This document shows, piece after piece, positions 20,569-31,500 of a stretch of 48,633 nt of DNA. The DNA lies in contig JBNJDP010000005.1 of the NCBI GenBank assembly GCA_051744985.1, positions 1 through 48,633 of the forward strand. Direction: 5' to 3'. How positions within the stretch are numbered: the stretch's first letter is position 1; each line of letters starts with the position of its first letter. Source of the DNA: Chlamydiota bacterium (lineage in GTDB: Bacteria > Chlamydiota > Chlamydiia > Chlamydiales > JABHNK01). A model generated the notes under the pieces. It was not told the origin of the DNA, searched no databases, and saw nothing but the letters and a program-made list of their open reading frames with translations. The translations under genes were made by a program, and so were the position numbers.

Positions 20569-21327
20569 ATGGCAAAAAAATATATTATGGCCGGCAACTG
20601 GAAGATGTATAAGACTATCGATGAAGCAGTAGGCTTTATCGAAAAATTGCGCCCTTTGGTGGAAGATACTCCTCACAAAGTATACTTGGGAGTGCCTTTT
20701 ACAGCTATTAAGCCCGCAGCAGAGAAAGCTCACGGCTCGCCAATAGTTATCGGTGCCCAAAACATGAACGATGCTAGTGAAGGGGGTTTTACTGGCGAAA
20801 TTGCTGGCAAGATGCTCGTCGATGCAGGGGCTCAATTTGTCATCTTAGGCCATTCCGAGCGTCGTCAATATTTTTTTGAAAGTGATGATTTCATCAATAA
20901 AAAGGTTAAAAAAGCTCTTCTCGATGGCTTGGAAGTAATTTTGTGTGTTGGGGAAACTTTGGAAGAACGGCAAGATGGTAAGACCCAGGAGGTTCTTAAA
21001 AATCAGATTATAGCTGGCCTTCAAGGTATAAGTGCTGATGAGCTTTCGAAGGTGATTTTGGCTTATGAGCCTATCTGGGCTATAGGTACAGGAGAAACCG
21101 CTACCCCTGATGTTGCTCAAGATAACCATCACTATTGCCGCCAGCAAGTTAAAGAACAATGGGGAGATAAAGTTGCCGCTGAGCTGAGTATTCTTTATGG
21201 CGGATCGGTAAAACCTGCTAACGTCGACGAGTTGATGCGTCAAGACGATATCGATGGTGCTTTGGTAGGAGGGGCTTCCCTAGATCCGGAAACTTTTAGT
21301 AAAATAACAAATTTTGGTGACCGATAA
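20569..21327 (+). CDS. tpiA: triosephosphate isomerase
   Basis: AGNWKM, GHSERR, AYEPIWAIGTG, YGGSV, LVGGAS; ATG 20569. Confidence 0.98.
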   Translation: MAKKYIMAGNWKMYKTIDEAVGFIEKLRPLVEDTPHKVYLGVPFTAIKPAAEKAHGSPIVIGAQNMNDASEGGFTGEIAGKMLVDAGAQFVILGHSERRQYFFESDDFINKKVKKALLDGLEVILCVGETLEERQDGKTQEVLKNQIIAGLQGISADELSKVILAYEPIWAIGTGETATPDVAQDNHHYCRQQVKEQWGDKVAAELSILYGGSVKPANVDELMRQDDIDGALVGGASLDPETFSKITNFGDR

Positions 21328-21623
21328 TGAGTTTTGTATTCTATCTCGCTCTAATTTCATTCGTATTATTGACAGTATTACTGTGCTTTGTAATCTTAAT
21401 TCAGGAAAGTAAATCCTCAGGGCTGGGAGCTGCCTTTGGTGCCGGCGACTCAGGTGATTCCCTTTTTGGAACTTCTACTGCTGATATTCTAAGAAAATTT
21501 ACCTCGTGGTTAGTAGTTATTTTTGTAGTATCTTGCATCATGTTATCGATGTGGACCGCTTCTTTAGGTAGGGCCAAAAATAGCGCTTCACCTGTGATAT
21601 TGGAACAAACAGAAAATAATTGA
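21327..21623 (+). CDS. secG: preprotein translocase subunit SecG
   Basis: two TM helices flanking LIQESKSSGLGAAFG...LFG; canonical tpiA-secG linkage. Confidence 0.92.
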   Translation: MSFVFYLALISFVLLTVLLCFVILIQESKSSGLGAAFGAGDSGDSLFGTSTADILRKFTSWLVVIFVVSCIMLSMWTASLGRAKNSASPVILEQTENN

Positions 21624-21625
21624 TT

Positions 21626-22162
21626 ATGGATTTGCAATTAGCTTATTATGGCGACCCCATTTTACGCCAAAAAGCTCAAGAAGTTGGTGAGATCGATGAG
21701 GAAATCAAAGCCTTAGTGGCTGCGATGATTGACGTTATGGACCAAAAAAGCGGTATAGGGTTAGCGGCTCCTCAAGTTAGCAAGTCTTTGCGTATCTTTA
21801 TCATCAGACAATATGACAAAGGGACCAGCGGGGATATAGGGGAGCCACAGGTTTTTATCAACCCTAAGCTATCCTACCCTTCGCAAGAGATCTTGGAGGA
21901 CGAAGAAGGCTGCTTGTCAGTGCCGGGAGTTTATGCAGAGATCGAGAGGCCGGCGGCTATCACTGTAGAGGCTCAAGACCTTGAAGGTAACTTTTTCACT
22001 AAAACTTTCCATGGCTATCCTGCTAGGGAAATTATGCATGAAAATGATCACCTTAACGGAGTCTTGTTCATTGACAGGATGATGGCTAAAGAGCGTAAAG
22101 AAATAGATCAAATGCTCAAGAAGCTTAAAAAGAAGCTCTCAAAGAAAAAATGGCGCTCTTAA
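21626..22162 (+). CDS. def: peptide deformylase
   Basis: GIGLAAPQ, EGCLS, HENDH. Confidence 0.97.
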   Translation: MDLQLAYYGDPILRQKAQEVGEIDEEIKALVAAMIDVMDQKSGIGLAAPQVSKSLRIFIIRQYDKGTSGDIGEPQVFINPKLSYPSQEILEDEEGCLSVPGVYAEIERPAAITVEAQDLEGNFFTKTFHGYPAREIMHENDHLNGVLFIDRMMAKERKEIDQMLKKLKKKLSKKKWRS

Positions 22163-22171
22163 CAAGCGCCA
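22141..22171 (-). terminator. putative terminator for the minus-strand 767-aa gene
   Basis: tggcgct...agcgcca 7-bp stem preceded by an A-run, which reads as a U-tract on the minus strand. Confidence 0.45.
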
Positions 22172-22227
22172 CCTCAAGGTCAATATCACCACAATCTTCA
22201 ACCCATAATTATTCACGGGGTTAACCT

Positions 22228-24519
22228 TCATAAGGCCTTACGTCGTTTTTTTAGCCAACCATCTTCATCTTCAGGGGTAATATGAAACTTTTCGATATTG
22301 TCATAACAAAGATCGTTGAGTTTTTTGTTTTTTAGCTCTAGCACAGAGTATAAAAAGTTTACGCGTTCCTGCTGACTGAGGTTGTTAAGGAATTTATCAG
22401 CGTTTTTTATCCAGCTAGCAATAGCGGTGGTATTTTCCGCAGCAAACACGTAATCCGCTAGCATCTTTTGAGAAGAGGCTTCTAGCTCTAATTTTCTCAG
22501 AGATTTTAATAAGGAATAGTACGCTTTTGAATAGTTGGGGCGTGTGGCACAACTTTTTAAAAGTTGCTCAACGACACATACTAGATAATCTCTAGGAAGG
22601 TCTTTGAAGATCAAGAGACCAGCTGCTAAGTCGTCACTCTCAAGGGCTGGGATATCATCGATAGCATAAAAAATCCTGCTAACCTCTTCATAATTTTCTT
22701 GGCCAGCCCAGATAAAAATTTCCTTTAAAAGATGAGGGAATTGTCCTAATGGGCTGCCGATTTCTTTGCCGAATTTATCTTTAAAAAAACCTTTGCAGGT
22801 TTTTTTGGTGAGGATTTTTTTTGCCATTAACATTCTAATGCGGGGATCTGTAATCTTCAAGCATCCCAAATTTTTTATTATCGGCGCATAGTGGATACTG
22901 TCGGTTTCAAATTTCGTATGTAAGGCAAGGAAAAATTTAAGGTTTTCGTCATCGCTCAAATTATGCTCTTCGTTAAGGTGCTTGATAGTCTCCATGATAG
23001 CTTTAAAATATATATTTGCCCCATCAGTAATCCATTCCCATAGAAATGGTGGACGCCAGCTTAAAAATGAGGAGGGGGTGTTTTCAATATAATCATTTAA
23101 TAATGTGAGCGTTAAACCAGGGTTGTTATTCAGTTCTTTGACCGTTATTTGCATATCTTCAGGGGAGATATTTTTAACGGATCCTTTGTGTAAACCTATA
23201 GTATATTTTAAGAGCACTAGGTTCTCTATAGGTGAAAAACCGAAACTTCTGTAACACCCTAGAATCCTATTAGAATGGTCTTTTTCGACAATCATCTTGG
23301 TCGCTAGCGAGTAAAACTCCCTTCTATCACCCTTATTTTTTAGCTTATGGAAAGCAGCAGAGTTAAAGAGCTCATTATAATATGGTAGAGCTTTTCGTGC
23401 CTTGGCTGTTTCGTAACTCGTTCCCTGTTCAAAATGTTCTATGAGCCAATCGAAGAAGTTAGGTTTTGCTTTTTTAGCTTTATCAAGAATTTTGTATGCG
23501 TTCTTGGCTTCAGGACTTAAATTTTTATTTTTGCTACAACAATTAACCTCTGCGACCGTGGGCGGGAAATTAATCCTAGAACTAAGATATCGTTCTCCTA
23601 AGGGTTCGACAAGTTCAAAATCTTCCATTTCTAAGTTGGGGTTGAGATAGCTAGGGTTGTATTTGATATAGCCTTTCTCAGCGATAGCAACCCTGATAAG
23701 ATCCTTATCAAGAGGCAATCCAAAATCGTTTAGTGTATTGCTAGAGCAAAAGTATTGTTCGAAGTCTAATCCAGGGGCTACTGTTAAAATATTAAAAAAA
23801 ATATTTTGAGGTAAAGCATTAGTGATTTTGGTAATATCCTCCCTTAACCCAAAAATAAGCTGTCTCACCTCCGACTTATCCATAAGGTTTTTTTTTATAA
23901 ATTGACCGGTTACTTTTAAATCAACATAATCATCAACTCCAGATGAGATATCTAGAACGCCTTTATCAAGCTCATATCGACATACCAAAACATGAGCCCA
24001 TTTATTCCAATTAGTAGGCTGGGGTACCTCAAGGTCGGTAGGTGTCTCAAAAAGGGAGAGGTCTAACGCTTGCTTTTTGCAGGCATCCTCCAACCTTATG
24101 ACATGACTGTCCGATATTAAGCTGCTACTGGAAAAGTCAATATTATCGAGGGTGATAGCACCTTTGTCAAAGGTGGTCACTTTTATGCAATCACCTTGTT
24201 TTTGCAGTACTCTTAAACGAATATTGTTGAGATCTAACGAGGAGGGGGCGGAATCTGAGGATTTCACAAATTCTTGAATATCCCATAAAAGACTTAAAAA
24301 TTGGATGTGCAGGTCTTCGGGTGTGTAATCATGGTTGGCAATAAAAACAAAGTCATAATGATCACTAAGAGGGTCTGTTGATAAATCTACCAAGGATAAA
24401 TTGTAAGTCTGAGCGAAATCGATACTATAAGTCTGCAAGCTGGAAAAGCTGTTGCTACCAAATAATCCGCCGGTTGTTAAGAACAAGAGAGGTAATAATA
24501 AATATCGTAACTTTTTCAT
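22228..24519 (-). CDS. large secreted hypothetical protein
   Basis: long ORF; signal peptide MKKLRYLLLPLLFLTTGGLFG after GGAG; no recognised domain; ends in KKRRKAL. Confidence 0.75.
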   Translation of the reverse strand: MKKLRYLLLPLLFLTTGGLFGSNSFSSLQTYSIDFAQTYNLSLVDLSTDPLSDHYDFVFIANHDYTPEDLHIQFLSLLWDIQEFVKSSDSAPSSLDLNNIRLRVLQKQGDCIKVTTFDKGAITLDNIDFSSSSLISDSHVIRLEDACKKQALDLSLFETPTDLEVPQPTNWNKWAHVLVCRYELDKGVLDISSGVDDYVDLKVTGQFIKKNLMDKSEVRQLIFGLREDITKITNALPQNIFFNILTVAPGLDFEQYFCSSNTLNDFGLPLDKDLIRVAIAEKGYIKYNPSYLNPNLEMEDFELVEPLGERYLSSRINFPPTVAEVNCCSKNKNLSPEAKNAYKILDKAKKAKPNFFDWLIEHFEQGTSYETAKARKALPYYNELFNSAAFHKLKNKGDRREFYSLATKMIVEKDHSNRILGCYRSFGFSPIENLVLLKYTIGLHKGSVKNISPEDMQITVKELNNNPGLTLTLLNDYIENTPSSFLSWRPPFLWEWITDGANIYFKAIMETIKHLNEEHNLSDDENLKFFLALHTKFETDSIHYAPIIKNLGCLKITDPRIRMLMAKKILTKKTCKGFFKDKFGKEIGSPLGQFPHLLKEIFIWAGQENYEEVSRIFYAIDDIPALESDDLAAGLLIFKDLPRDYLVCVVEQLLKSCATRPNYSKAYYSLLKSLRKLELEASSQKMLADYVFAAENTTAIASWIKNADKFLNNLSQQERVNFLYSVLELKNKKLNDLCYDNIEKFHITPEDEDGWLKKRRKAL

Positions 24520-24745
24520 TTCTATCTCCATAATAAGCTTAGAGAATTTTTATATAATTAAAGTTAAAATTAAATTAAAAAATATTTCACAACTACCGAT
24601 ATGAGCAACAATTAAAATTTTCCGTTTACTAAAAAAGCGGACCGGATCATAAAAGATTCAAGTTATAATAGCTTAAATCTTTGATAGGCAGAGGCATTTT
24701 TATAAGATGCGGGCCTCTAGTTTTATATTGTTTTAGGAGGGGAAG

Positions 24746-26767
24746 ATGCAGTCGGACAATAAAAATTATAGTAGCAACAACGGAGGAGATAATTCTCATC
24801 ATGCTCATATGGTTGCTGACTTTAGAACAAGGTTCTGGGTATCTTTAATAGCTACTATACCTGTTTTGTTACTATCGCCGCTTATTCAATCCTTTTGGGG
24901 TTATCACCTAGAATTTGCTGGTTCACGACTTACCCTTTTAGTATTATCTACTTTTGTTTATTTCTATGGAGGATGGCCCTTTTTAAGGGGGCTAGTCAGC
25001 GAGATTAGCAAAAAGCTGCCGGGAATGATGACTCTTATCGCTGTAGCTATTTCGGTAGCATATTTTTATAGCGCCGCAGTGGCCTTGGGGTTACAAGGTA
25101 AAGTGTTCTTTTGGGAGTTGGTAACTCTTATTGATATTATGCTCCTAGGCCATTGGATAGAGATGAAGTCCGTAATGGGAGCTTCCAAAGCTTTGGAAGA
25201 GCTGGCAAAGCTCATGCCTTCAGAGGCTCATCGTTTAAAGGACGATGGTGAAGCTGTTGACGTTAAGCTTGAGGCATTGCATGCGGGCGATAAGGTTTTG
25301 GTAAAGCCGGGAGAGAAAATACCCGTCGATGGAAAAGTTTCGGAAGGAGCTTCGGAGGTTAATGAAGCTGCCATAACCGGAGAGTCAAAACCAGTAACTA
25401 AGCAGGAGGGTGATAAGGTTATCGGAGGCGCGGTCAACGGCGAAGGTTCTTTAACGGTAGAGGTGACTAAAACGGGAGAAGATTCTTATCTTTCCCAAGT
25501 GATAGAATTGGTAAAATCAGCCAGTGAAAGTAAGTCCAAGGTTCAAGGTCTTGCGGATAAGGCTGCTTTTTGGCTGACACTGGTAGCCGTTTCAGTAGGG
25601 GTAATAACTCTTATAAGCTGGCTTTTTGTCGGCAAGGAATTTGTCTTTGCCCTAGAGCGTATGGTGACAGTGATGGTTATTACCTGCCCCCATGCTTTGG
25701 GATTGGCTATACCTCTCGTCATCGCAGTTATCACAGCGATCTCCGCAAAGAATGGCCTTCTAATTAGAAATAGGACAGCTTTCGAAGGCGCTCGAAACCT
25801 CGATGTTGTCGTATTCGATAAGACAGGAACCTTGACAAAAGGGGAGTTCGGCGTATCGGATATTATATCTTTTGGTGATTGGAAAAAAGAAGAGCTGCTA
25901 AGAAAAGTTGCCGCTATTGAAACCCATTCTGAACACACCATTGCCTTGGGTATTATCAATAAGGCCAAACAGCAGGAACTTTCGTTGCCCAAAAGTGAAG
26001 ATTTTTCCTCATTGCCGGGCAAGGGAGCCCAAGCGCGTATTGAAAAAGAGGAGATTTTTGTTGGCAATAGAGGTATTTTGGAAAAGGGAGAAGCTTCTTT
26101 ATCCTCTGAGGAACGAGAAAAAAGTGAGGATCTAGCTTCTCAAGGTAAGACTTTGGTGTTTGTTGTCGCCAACAAACAAGTTCAAGGGGTCATTGCCCTT
26201 TCCGATATTATCAGAGAGGAGGCTAAAGAAGCTATCCAAAGGATTAAAAAGAGCGGTATTAAGGTTGGAATGATTACAGGTGATAACCATGCTACCGCGA
26301 AATTTGTTGCTAACGAATTAGGGATAGACGATTTTTTTGCTGAAGTATTGCCTGATAAAAAGTCTGAGAAGATTAAAGAGCTCCAAGAGCAGGGAAAACA
26401 GGTTGCTATGGTTGGCGATGGCGTAAATGATGCACCTGCATTAGCACAAGCCGATGTTGGGATAGCTATAGGAGCCGGCATGGACGTCGCTGGTGAAGCC
26501 GCTGACGTGGTCTTGACCGACAGTGATGCTGGAGATGTTCTTAGTGTCATCCAGTTATCAGGGATAACCTATCGCAAAACTGTGCAGAACCTTGCATGGG
26601 CTACAGGATATAACGTTTTTGCGATCCCTTTGGCGGCGGGGGTATTTTATCATTGGGGAATAATACTAGCGCCGGCGGTAGGGGCTTTGATAATGTCTTT
26701 GAGTACAATAATAGTAGCTATCAATGCTAAGCTTATAACCTTTCAGAAGAAGGGTAGAAAATTATAG
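24746..26767 (+). CDS. copper-translocating P1B-3 type ATPase (CopB-like)
   Basis: TGES, CPH metal motif, DKTGT, SEH, GDGVNDAP, YN and MSLST in the C-terminal TMs; short His-containing N-terminus; AGGAGG RBS. Confidence 0.92.
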   Translation: MQSDNKNYSSNNGGDNSHHAHMVADFRTRFWVSLIATIPVLLLSPLIQSFWGYHLEFAGSRLTLLVLSTFVYFYGGWPFLRGLVSEISKKLPGMMTLIAVAISVAYFYSAAVALGLQGKVFFWELVTLIDIMLLGHWIEMKSVMGASKALEELAKLMPSEAHRLKDDGEAVDVKLEALHAGDKVLVKPGEKIPVDGKVSEGASEVNEAAITGESKPVTKQEGDKVIGGAVNGEGSLTVEVTKTGEDSYLSQVIELVKSASESKSKVQGLADKAAFWLTLVAVSVGVITLISWLFVGKEFVFALERMVTVMVITCPHALGLAIPLVIAVITAISAKNGLLIRNRTAFEGARNLDVVVFDKTGTLTKGEFGVSDIISFGDWKKEELLRKVAAIETHSEHTIALGIINKAKQQELSLPKSEDFSSLPGKGAQARIEKEEIFVGNRGILEKGEASLSSEEREKSEDLASQGKTLVFVVANKQVQGVIALSDIIREEAKEAIQRIKKSGIKVGMITGDNHATAKFVANELGIDDFFAEVLPDKKSEKIKELQEQGKQVAMVGDGVNDAPALAQADVGIAIGAGMDVAGEAADVVLTDSDAGDVLSVIQLSGITYRKTVQNLAWATGYNVFAIPLAAGVFYHWGIILAPAVGALIMSLSTIIVAINAKLITFQKKGRKL

Positions 26768-26929
26768 TGTTTTGCCGGTGAAGAGAAAGATTATTTTCAT
26801 TTGTGAATGATTAGGCGGCTGGGCAGAGTATTTTTTATCCTTTGAAGAACGAGCTCTTTGCTGTTAGTTTGGCTTGCAGGAAATTGAAATAAAAAATATC
26901 TTCTATTAAAAGAGAAGGACGGCTTTGTA

Positions 26930-27247
26930 ATGATGATTAACAATTTGCAATTATATGAATGGGGAAGGGGGCTGGCGGCCATTTTTTTTGTTGGAGGTGT
27001 ATATTTTCTTTGGCAAGCATGGAAGATGAGAGATGGCCAAGGTAATTCCTTTAACAGGAAAGTGATGATCAAAGGAATCTTGGGAATGCTGATGTTATTT
27101 TCCATGGCTACTCTTTTGATCTATCATTATTCACAGGAGCCTATACCGGAAAGAATTAAGCAGAACGAAGTCTTGCGAAATATTGAAGATGATTTACCGG
27201 AAATCAGCGCATTGGAACAAGATAACCCTATAGGCTTTTCTGGATGA
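26930..27247 (+). CDS. small two-TM membrane protein
   Basis: two hydrophobic segments and an acidic tail; 25 nt upstream of the MFS gene on the same strand. Confidence 0.6.
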   Translation: MMINNLQLYEWGRGLAAIFFVGGVYFLWQAWKMRDGQGNSFNRKVMIKGILGMLMLFSMATLLIYHYSQEPIPERIKQNEVLRNIEDDLPEISALEQDNPIGFSG

Positions 27248-27272
27248 AGAAACCTTAAAATATTGGTAAACG

Positions 27273-28538
27273 ATGGTTAAATTAAAGGCGCAAAAAATTT
27301 TATGGGGCGAAGGCTTAGCAGCGACTTTAGCGATCGGGATAGAGTATTATAGCGTTTTTATTTATGGTTATTTAGCTCCTATTATCGCTCCCTATTTTTT
27401 TGCAGGCGGTAGCCACCTTCATATGTGGGGTTCGATAGCCTTAGGTTATTTATTAGCACCTTTAGGAGCCGTTATCTGTGGCCATTTCGGCGATACTAAA
27501 GGACGTAAAATAATTTCTGCCTGGACGATAGCTTTAGTAGCTATTCCTACTTTTGTTATGAGCATATTGCCCACCTATGACCACATCGGTATATGGGCTT
27601 CGATCTTATTTGTCATTCTTCATTCGATCCAGGGAATGGCTTTTGGAGGGGAATTTTTAGGTTTGTTTACCTTCATAATGGAAAAAGCGCCTCGTCATCG
27701 TCGCGGTTTTTTGGGAGGTATTATTTCTTGTGGGTCTGCTATAGGTGTGCTAGCAGCTTCTCTTATGGTTTCAGCATTACATTTGTTGGATCATCCCTAC
27801 TCCAATTGGCTATGGCGCATACCCCTAGCATTAGGCGGGGTGGGTATATTATTAGCACTATACTTTTATCACTTGCATGGAGATACCGAAGTTTTTATGG
27901 AAGAGAAAGCCGAAAACGATATGGTAGCATGGCCAATATTGGAGTTATTTAAAAATAATTTTGGTAAATTCATTAAGATTATCGGTATCACCACTTTAGC
28001 CCCCATTATCACTATTGTAGTTTTCGGCTTTCTGCCTTATGTGGCTATTAAAGAGCTCGGATTTTCTCAGGAAAAGGGGATGTGGTTTAATACCATGTCA
28101 TTAGGGATGTTTATTTTTGCTCCTCTATTTGGATGGTTATCCGATAAGGTGGGGCGCAAGCCTATTTTGATAGGAGTTTCTGGGGCTTTTTTGATCTTGG
28201 GATTGCCTTTATTTAAGCTAATGGCAGTGAAGTCCTTGGTATCCTTTATCACGATACAGTTTATTTTTGCATTTATCGCTTCTGCTTATTATGGAGTTGC
28301 CTTGATAGCAGCTTTAGAGCTTTTGCCGATAAACGTCCGCTTTACTGGTGCAGCTTTAGGGTATAATATAACATATGCCTTTTTTGGAGGAGCCGCAGGA
28401 GCTCATATTGTTAATTTGCTTATTGCGGAAACTCATTACAAGCTAGCCCCACTTTTTTATTTTATTATAGGAGCTGCTCTCGTAATGGGGACTGTTCTAA
28501 CAATTAAGGAAACAGCTGACGAGGGTTTAGATTTTTAA
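27273..28538 (+). CDS. MFS transporter, MHS (ProP-like) family
   Basis: about 12 TMs; GHFGDTKGRK and GWLSDKVGRK loops, LPTY..IG, GGE, WRIP. Confidence 0.9.
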   Translation: MVKLKAQKILWGEGLAATLAIGIEYYSVFIYGYLAPIIAPYFFAGGSHLHMWGSIALGYLLAPLGAVICGHFGDTKGRKIISAWTIALVAIPTFVMSILPTYDHIGIWASILFVILHSIQGMAFGGEFLGLFTFIMEKAPRHRRGFLGGIISCGSAIGVLAASLMVSALHLLDHPYSNWLWRIPLALGGVGILLALYFYHLHGDTEVFMEEKAENDMVAWPILELFKNNFGKFIKIIGITTLAPIITIVVFGFLPYVAIKELGFSQEKGMWFNTMSLGMFIFAPLFGWLSDKVGRKPILIGVSGAFLILGLPLFKLMAVKSLVSFITIQFIFAFIASAYYGVALIAALELLPINVRFTGAALGYNITYAFFGGAAGAHIVNLLIAETHYKLAPLFYFIIGAALVMGTVLTIKETADEGLDF

Positions 28539-28578
28539 ATTAAGATAATAGAAAAGCTTTATATGAAAAGGAGTCTAT

Positions 28579-31500
28579 ATGAAAAATGCGCCTGAAAATG
28601 ATTCTCTTCTGCCTCTAACAGGTGAACAGTATCCATTATGGCAGGAAAGCCAACTATATCCCGATGATTACTCTTATCATTTCAATTTTGTTGCCCAACT
28701 AAATCATAAGATTTCTTCGGCTAGACTTCAGGGAACTATTAGGATAATTGCTGAACAGCGTCCTTTTTTGCGCACCCTGTTTAAAGAAGTGGAAGGTGTA
28801 CCTAAAAGGGAGTATCAAAATTCAGATTCATTAGAACTAAAGATAGTAGAGTGCTCTAATCAAGAAGCTGTTAAACAGTTAGCGGAGAGCGCCTATCAAG
28901 AACCTTTCGACCTATTGCAAGAGCTTCCGGCGCGCTTTATCTTATATAAAACCTCTGATGGCAATAATTATTTGCAGGTTATCATTCACCATATAGCTTT
29001 AGATCTTGCAGGATACATTGACCTGATTCCTAAAATCTTTGAGGTCTATTCTGAAAACCTTGATGAAGCCCCTGCACCCTCTAAAGATGATGATTTTGCT
29101 CTGCAGCAACAACAATACCTCGCTTCCGAGAAGGGTAAGGAAGATTTGAACTACTGGAAGGAGTATCTTTCAGGAGAATTGCAGCCTCCTCTTTTGCCTT
29201 TGCATAATAGTCATTCCGAGTATCATTCTGGGGTGCTTTATCGCGAATTGGATGCAGATTTAGAAGCTAGGCTAAAAAAAACAGCTAAAGCATTGCATGC
29301 AACATTTTTTTCTTTGCAGATAGCCGCATTTCAGGCCTTCCTTCATCGCTACACCGGCCAACCAGAGGTTATCAGCGGTATACCTATTCAAGTTGTAAGA
29401 TCTAAAGCTTCTTTATCTTCTATAGGTTATAGTGTTAACACATTGCCTATAAGAAATAGTTTTATGGAAACACGACCTTTTAGTTCTTTGGTAGTCGCAG
29501 TTAGCGCAGATCTCAAAAGAGCAGTAGAACATTGTCGTATGCCCTTCCAAATGATCAAAGAAGCTTGTCCGGATGCTTCATTCCAAACAATGATAGTTTC
29601 TCAAAGATCTAGAAATTATCACCAGTTGATAGATTTTGGGGTTGCTAAGGCAGGGGTAAAAATGAAACTCGGTGATATTGAGCTGGAATCGATAGGTATG
29701 GGGCACTTTCCTGTGGGAAGGACAGGGCTAACATTAGCGGTGGTCGAAACATCTCAAGGATATTATCTTTCCTATCATTTTAATGCTTTACTTTATAGCT
29801 ACGAGGAAATTGAGCGCCTGCAGAAGAACTTTCAGACTTTTCTATACTCTATTGCAGATAATCCTCATAAGCAAGTTTCCGAGCTTAGTTTGCTATCCCC
29901 TTCGGAGTATCAGCAAGTGGTTTGCGACTTCAATGATACTGCTGTTGACTTTGACCTGCAGCGTAATTTTATAGATTTTTTTGAGCGCCAGTGCCAGCAG
30001 ACTCCTCATGGTATAGCAGCGGAATATCAGGGAGAAAAGATTAGCTATCAAGAGCTAAAGGCGAAAGTCGATAAGTATGCATATTTGCTTCAGCAAGAGG
30101 GAATAACACGAGGGAGCTTAGTAGCTCTTTGCTTAGACCGTGGGATAGACTTTATCATTGCTATGGTTAGTGTGATGAAAAGCGGAGCGGCTTACCTTCC
30201 ATTAGATCATAAACAGCCTGCGGAGCGCCTGAATTATATCCTCGAAAATTCTAAGGCCAACCTTCTAGTAACCACTGATGAATATAAGGCGATCTTTAAG
30301 GATTATGCTGGCAAAGTGCTGGAGTATAGTAGTTGTCTTAATGATTGGGATGATGCCAACGATTTTCATCCTTCTCAAGAACCTAATCCTGACGATTTAG
30401 CATACGTTATATATACTTCTGGATCTACTGGACAGCCCAAAGGGGTCGAGGTCGGCAATAGGGCTTTGAGTAACTTTTTGCAGGCTATGCAAACATTTTT
30501 TCAGGTAGGCCCTGCTAACCGTTGGCTTGCTGTTACCACGGTATCTTTCGATATCTTTAACATGGAAATCCTCCTCCCCTTAATGACAGGAGCTACCGTT
30601 GTTATAGCTGACAGTGCAACAACTGTAGACCCCGTCGCGCTATCTCAGTCAATAGAAGATTATAAGATTAATATCATGCAAGCAACCCCTGCTACTTGGC
30701 GCCTGCTGGTCGATGGAGGTTGGGAAGGAAAAAATGATCTTAAGATTCTTAGCGGGGGAGAGGCTTTACCCCACAGCTTGGCAGAAGCTTTGCGTTGCCG
30801 ATGTCTAGAGCTTTGGAACTTGTATGGTCCTACAGAAACTACCATCTGGTCGGCGGTGAGAAAGATCGAAAACGTCGATGAGAAGCTCAATACTGCTTAC
30901 CCCATTGCCAACACCACATGCTATGTTCTTGATAACAATTTAAATCCGCTACCTTTAGGAGTTCTAGGAGAGCTCTATATCGGTGGCATAGGACTAGCAG
31001 AGGGTTACCGTCATCGTCCCGATCTGACAGCTGAACGTTTTATAGAAAGCCCTTTCGATAACGCTTTAAGTAGCAAATTATATAAGACGGGCGATATTGC
31101 CCGCTATTTGCCATCGGGAAGGTTGCAATTCTTGGGCCGCGCCGATTTTCAAGTTAAAATCAGAGGCTTTAGGATTGAGTTAGGGGAAATAGAAGCAGCT
31201 CTTACCAGCCATCAGGAGGTGACCAATGCTGTAGTAGACGTCGATGATGACCCCGAAGTAGGTAAGCGTTTGATAGCTTATTATACAGGCTCCGTTGACA
31301 AAGCTGAGGTCAATAACCTGCTCGAAGAGCGCCTGCCGGCATATATGATACCTTCAGCCTACATAGCTTTAGAAAGCATGCCTTTAACGCATAATGGCAA
31401 AATCGATCGTAAAAAGCTGCCTAAACCCAAAGCAGCAGACCTTACAGCTTTATCGGAAATGGTAGTGCCAAGAAATGAGATAGAAGAATCTTTAGCAGAA

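Noticed and set aside
20445-20597. Apparent overlap of xseA and tpiA 5' ends
   Set aside because: Artefact of longest-ORF starts; the likely starts (20444 and 20569) leave a normal divergent promoter gap
25228-27105. Minus-strand ORFs of 69-174 aa over the Cu-ATPase and the small membrane gene
   Set aside because: Antisense shadows of better-supported genes
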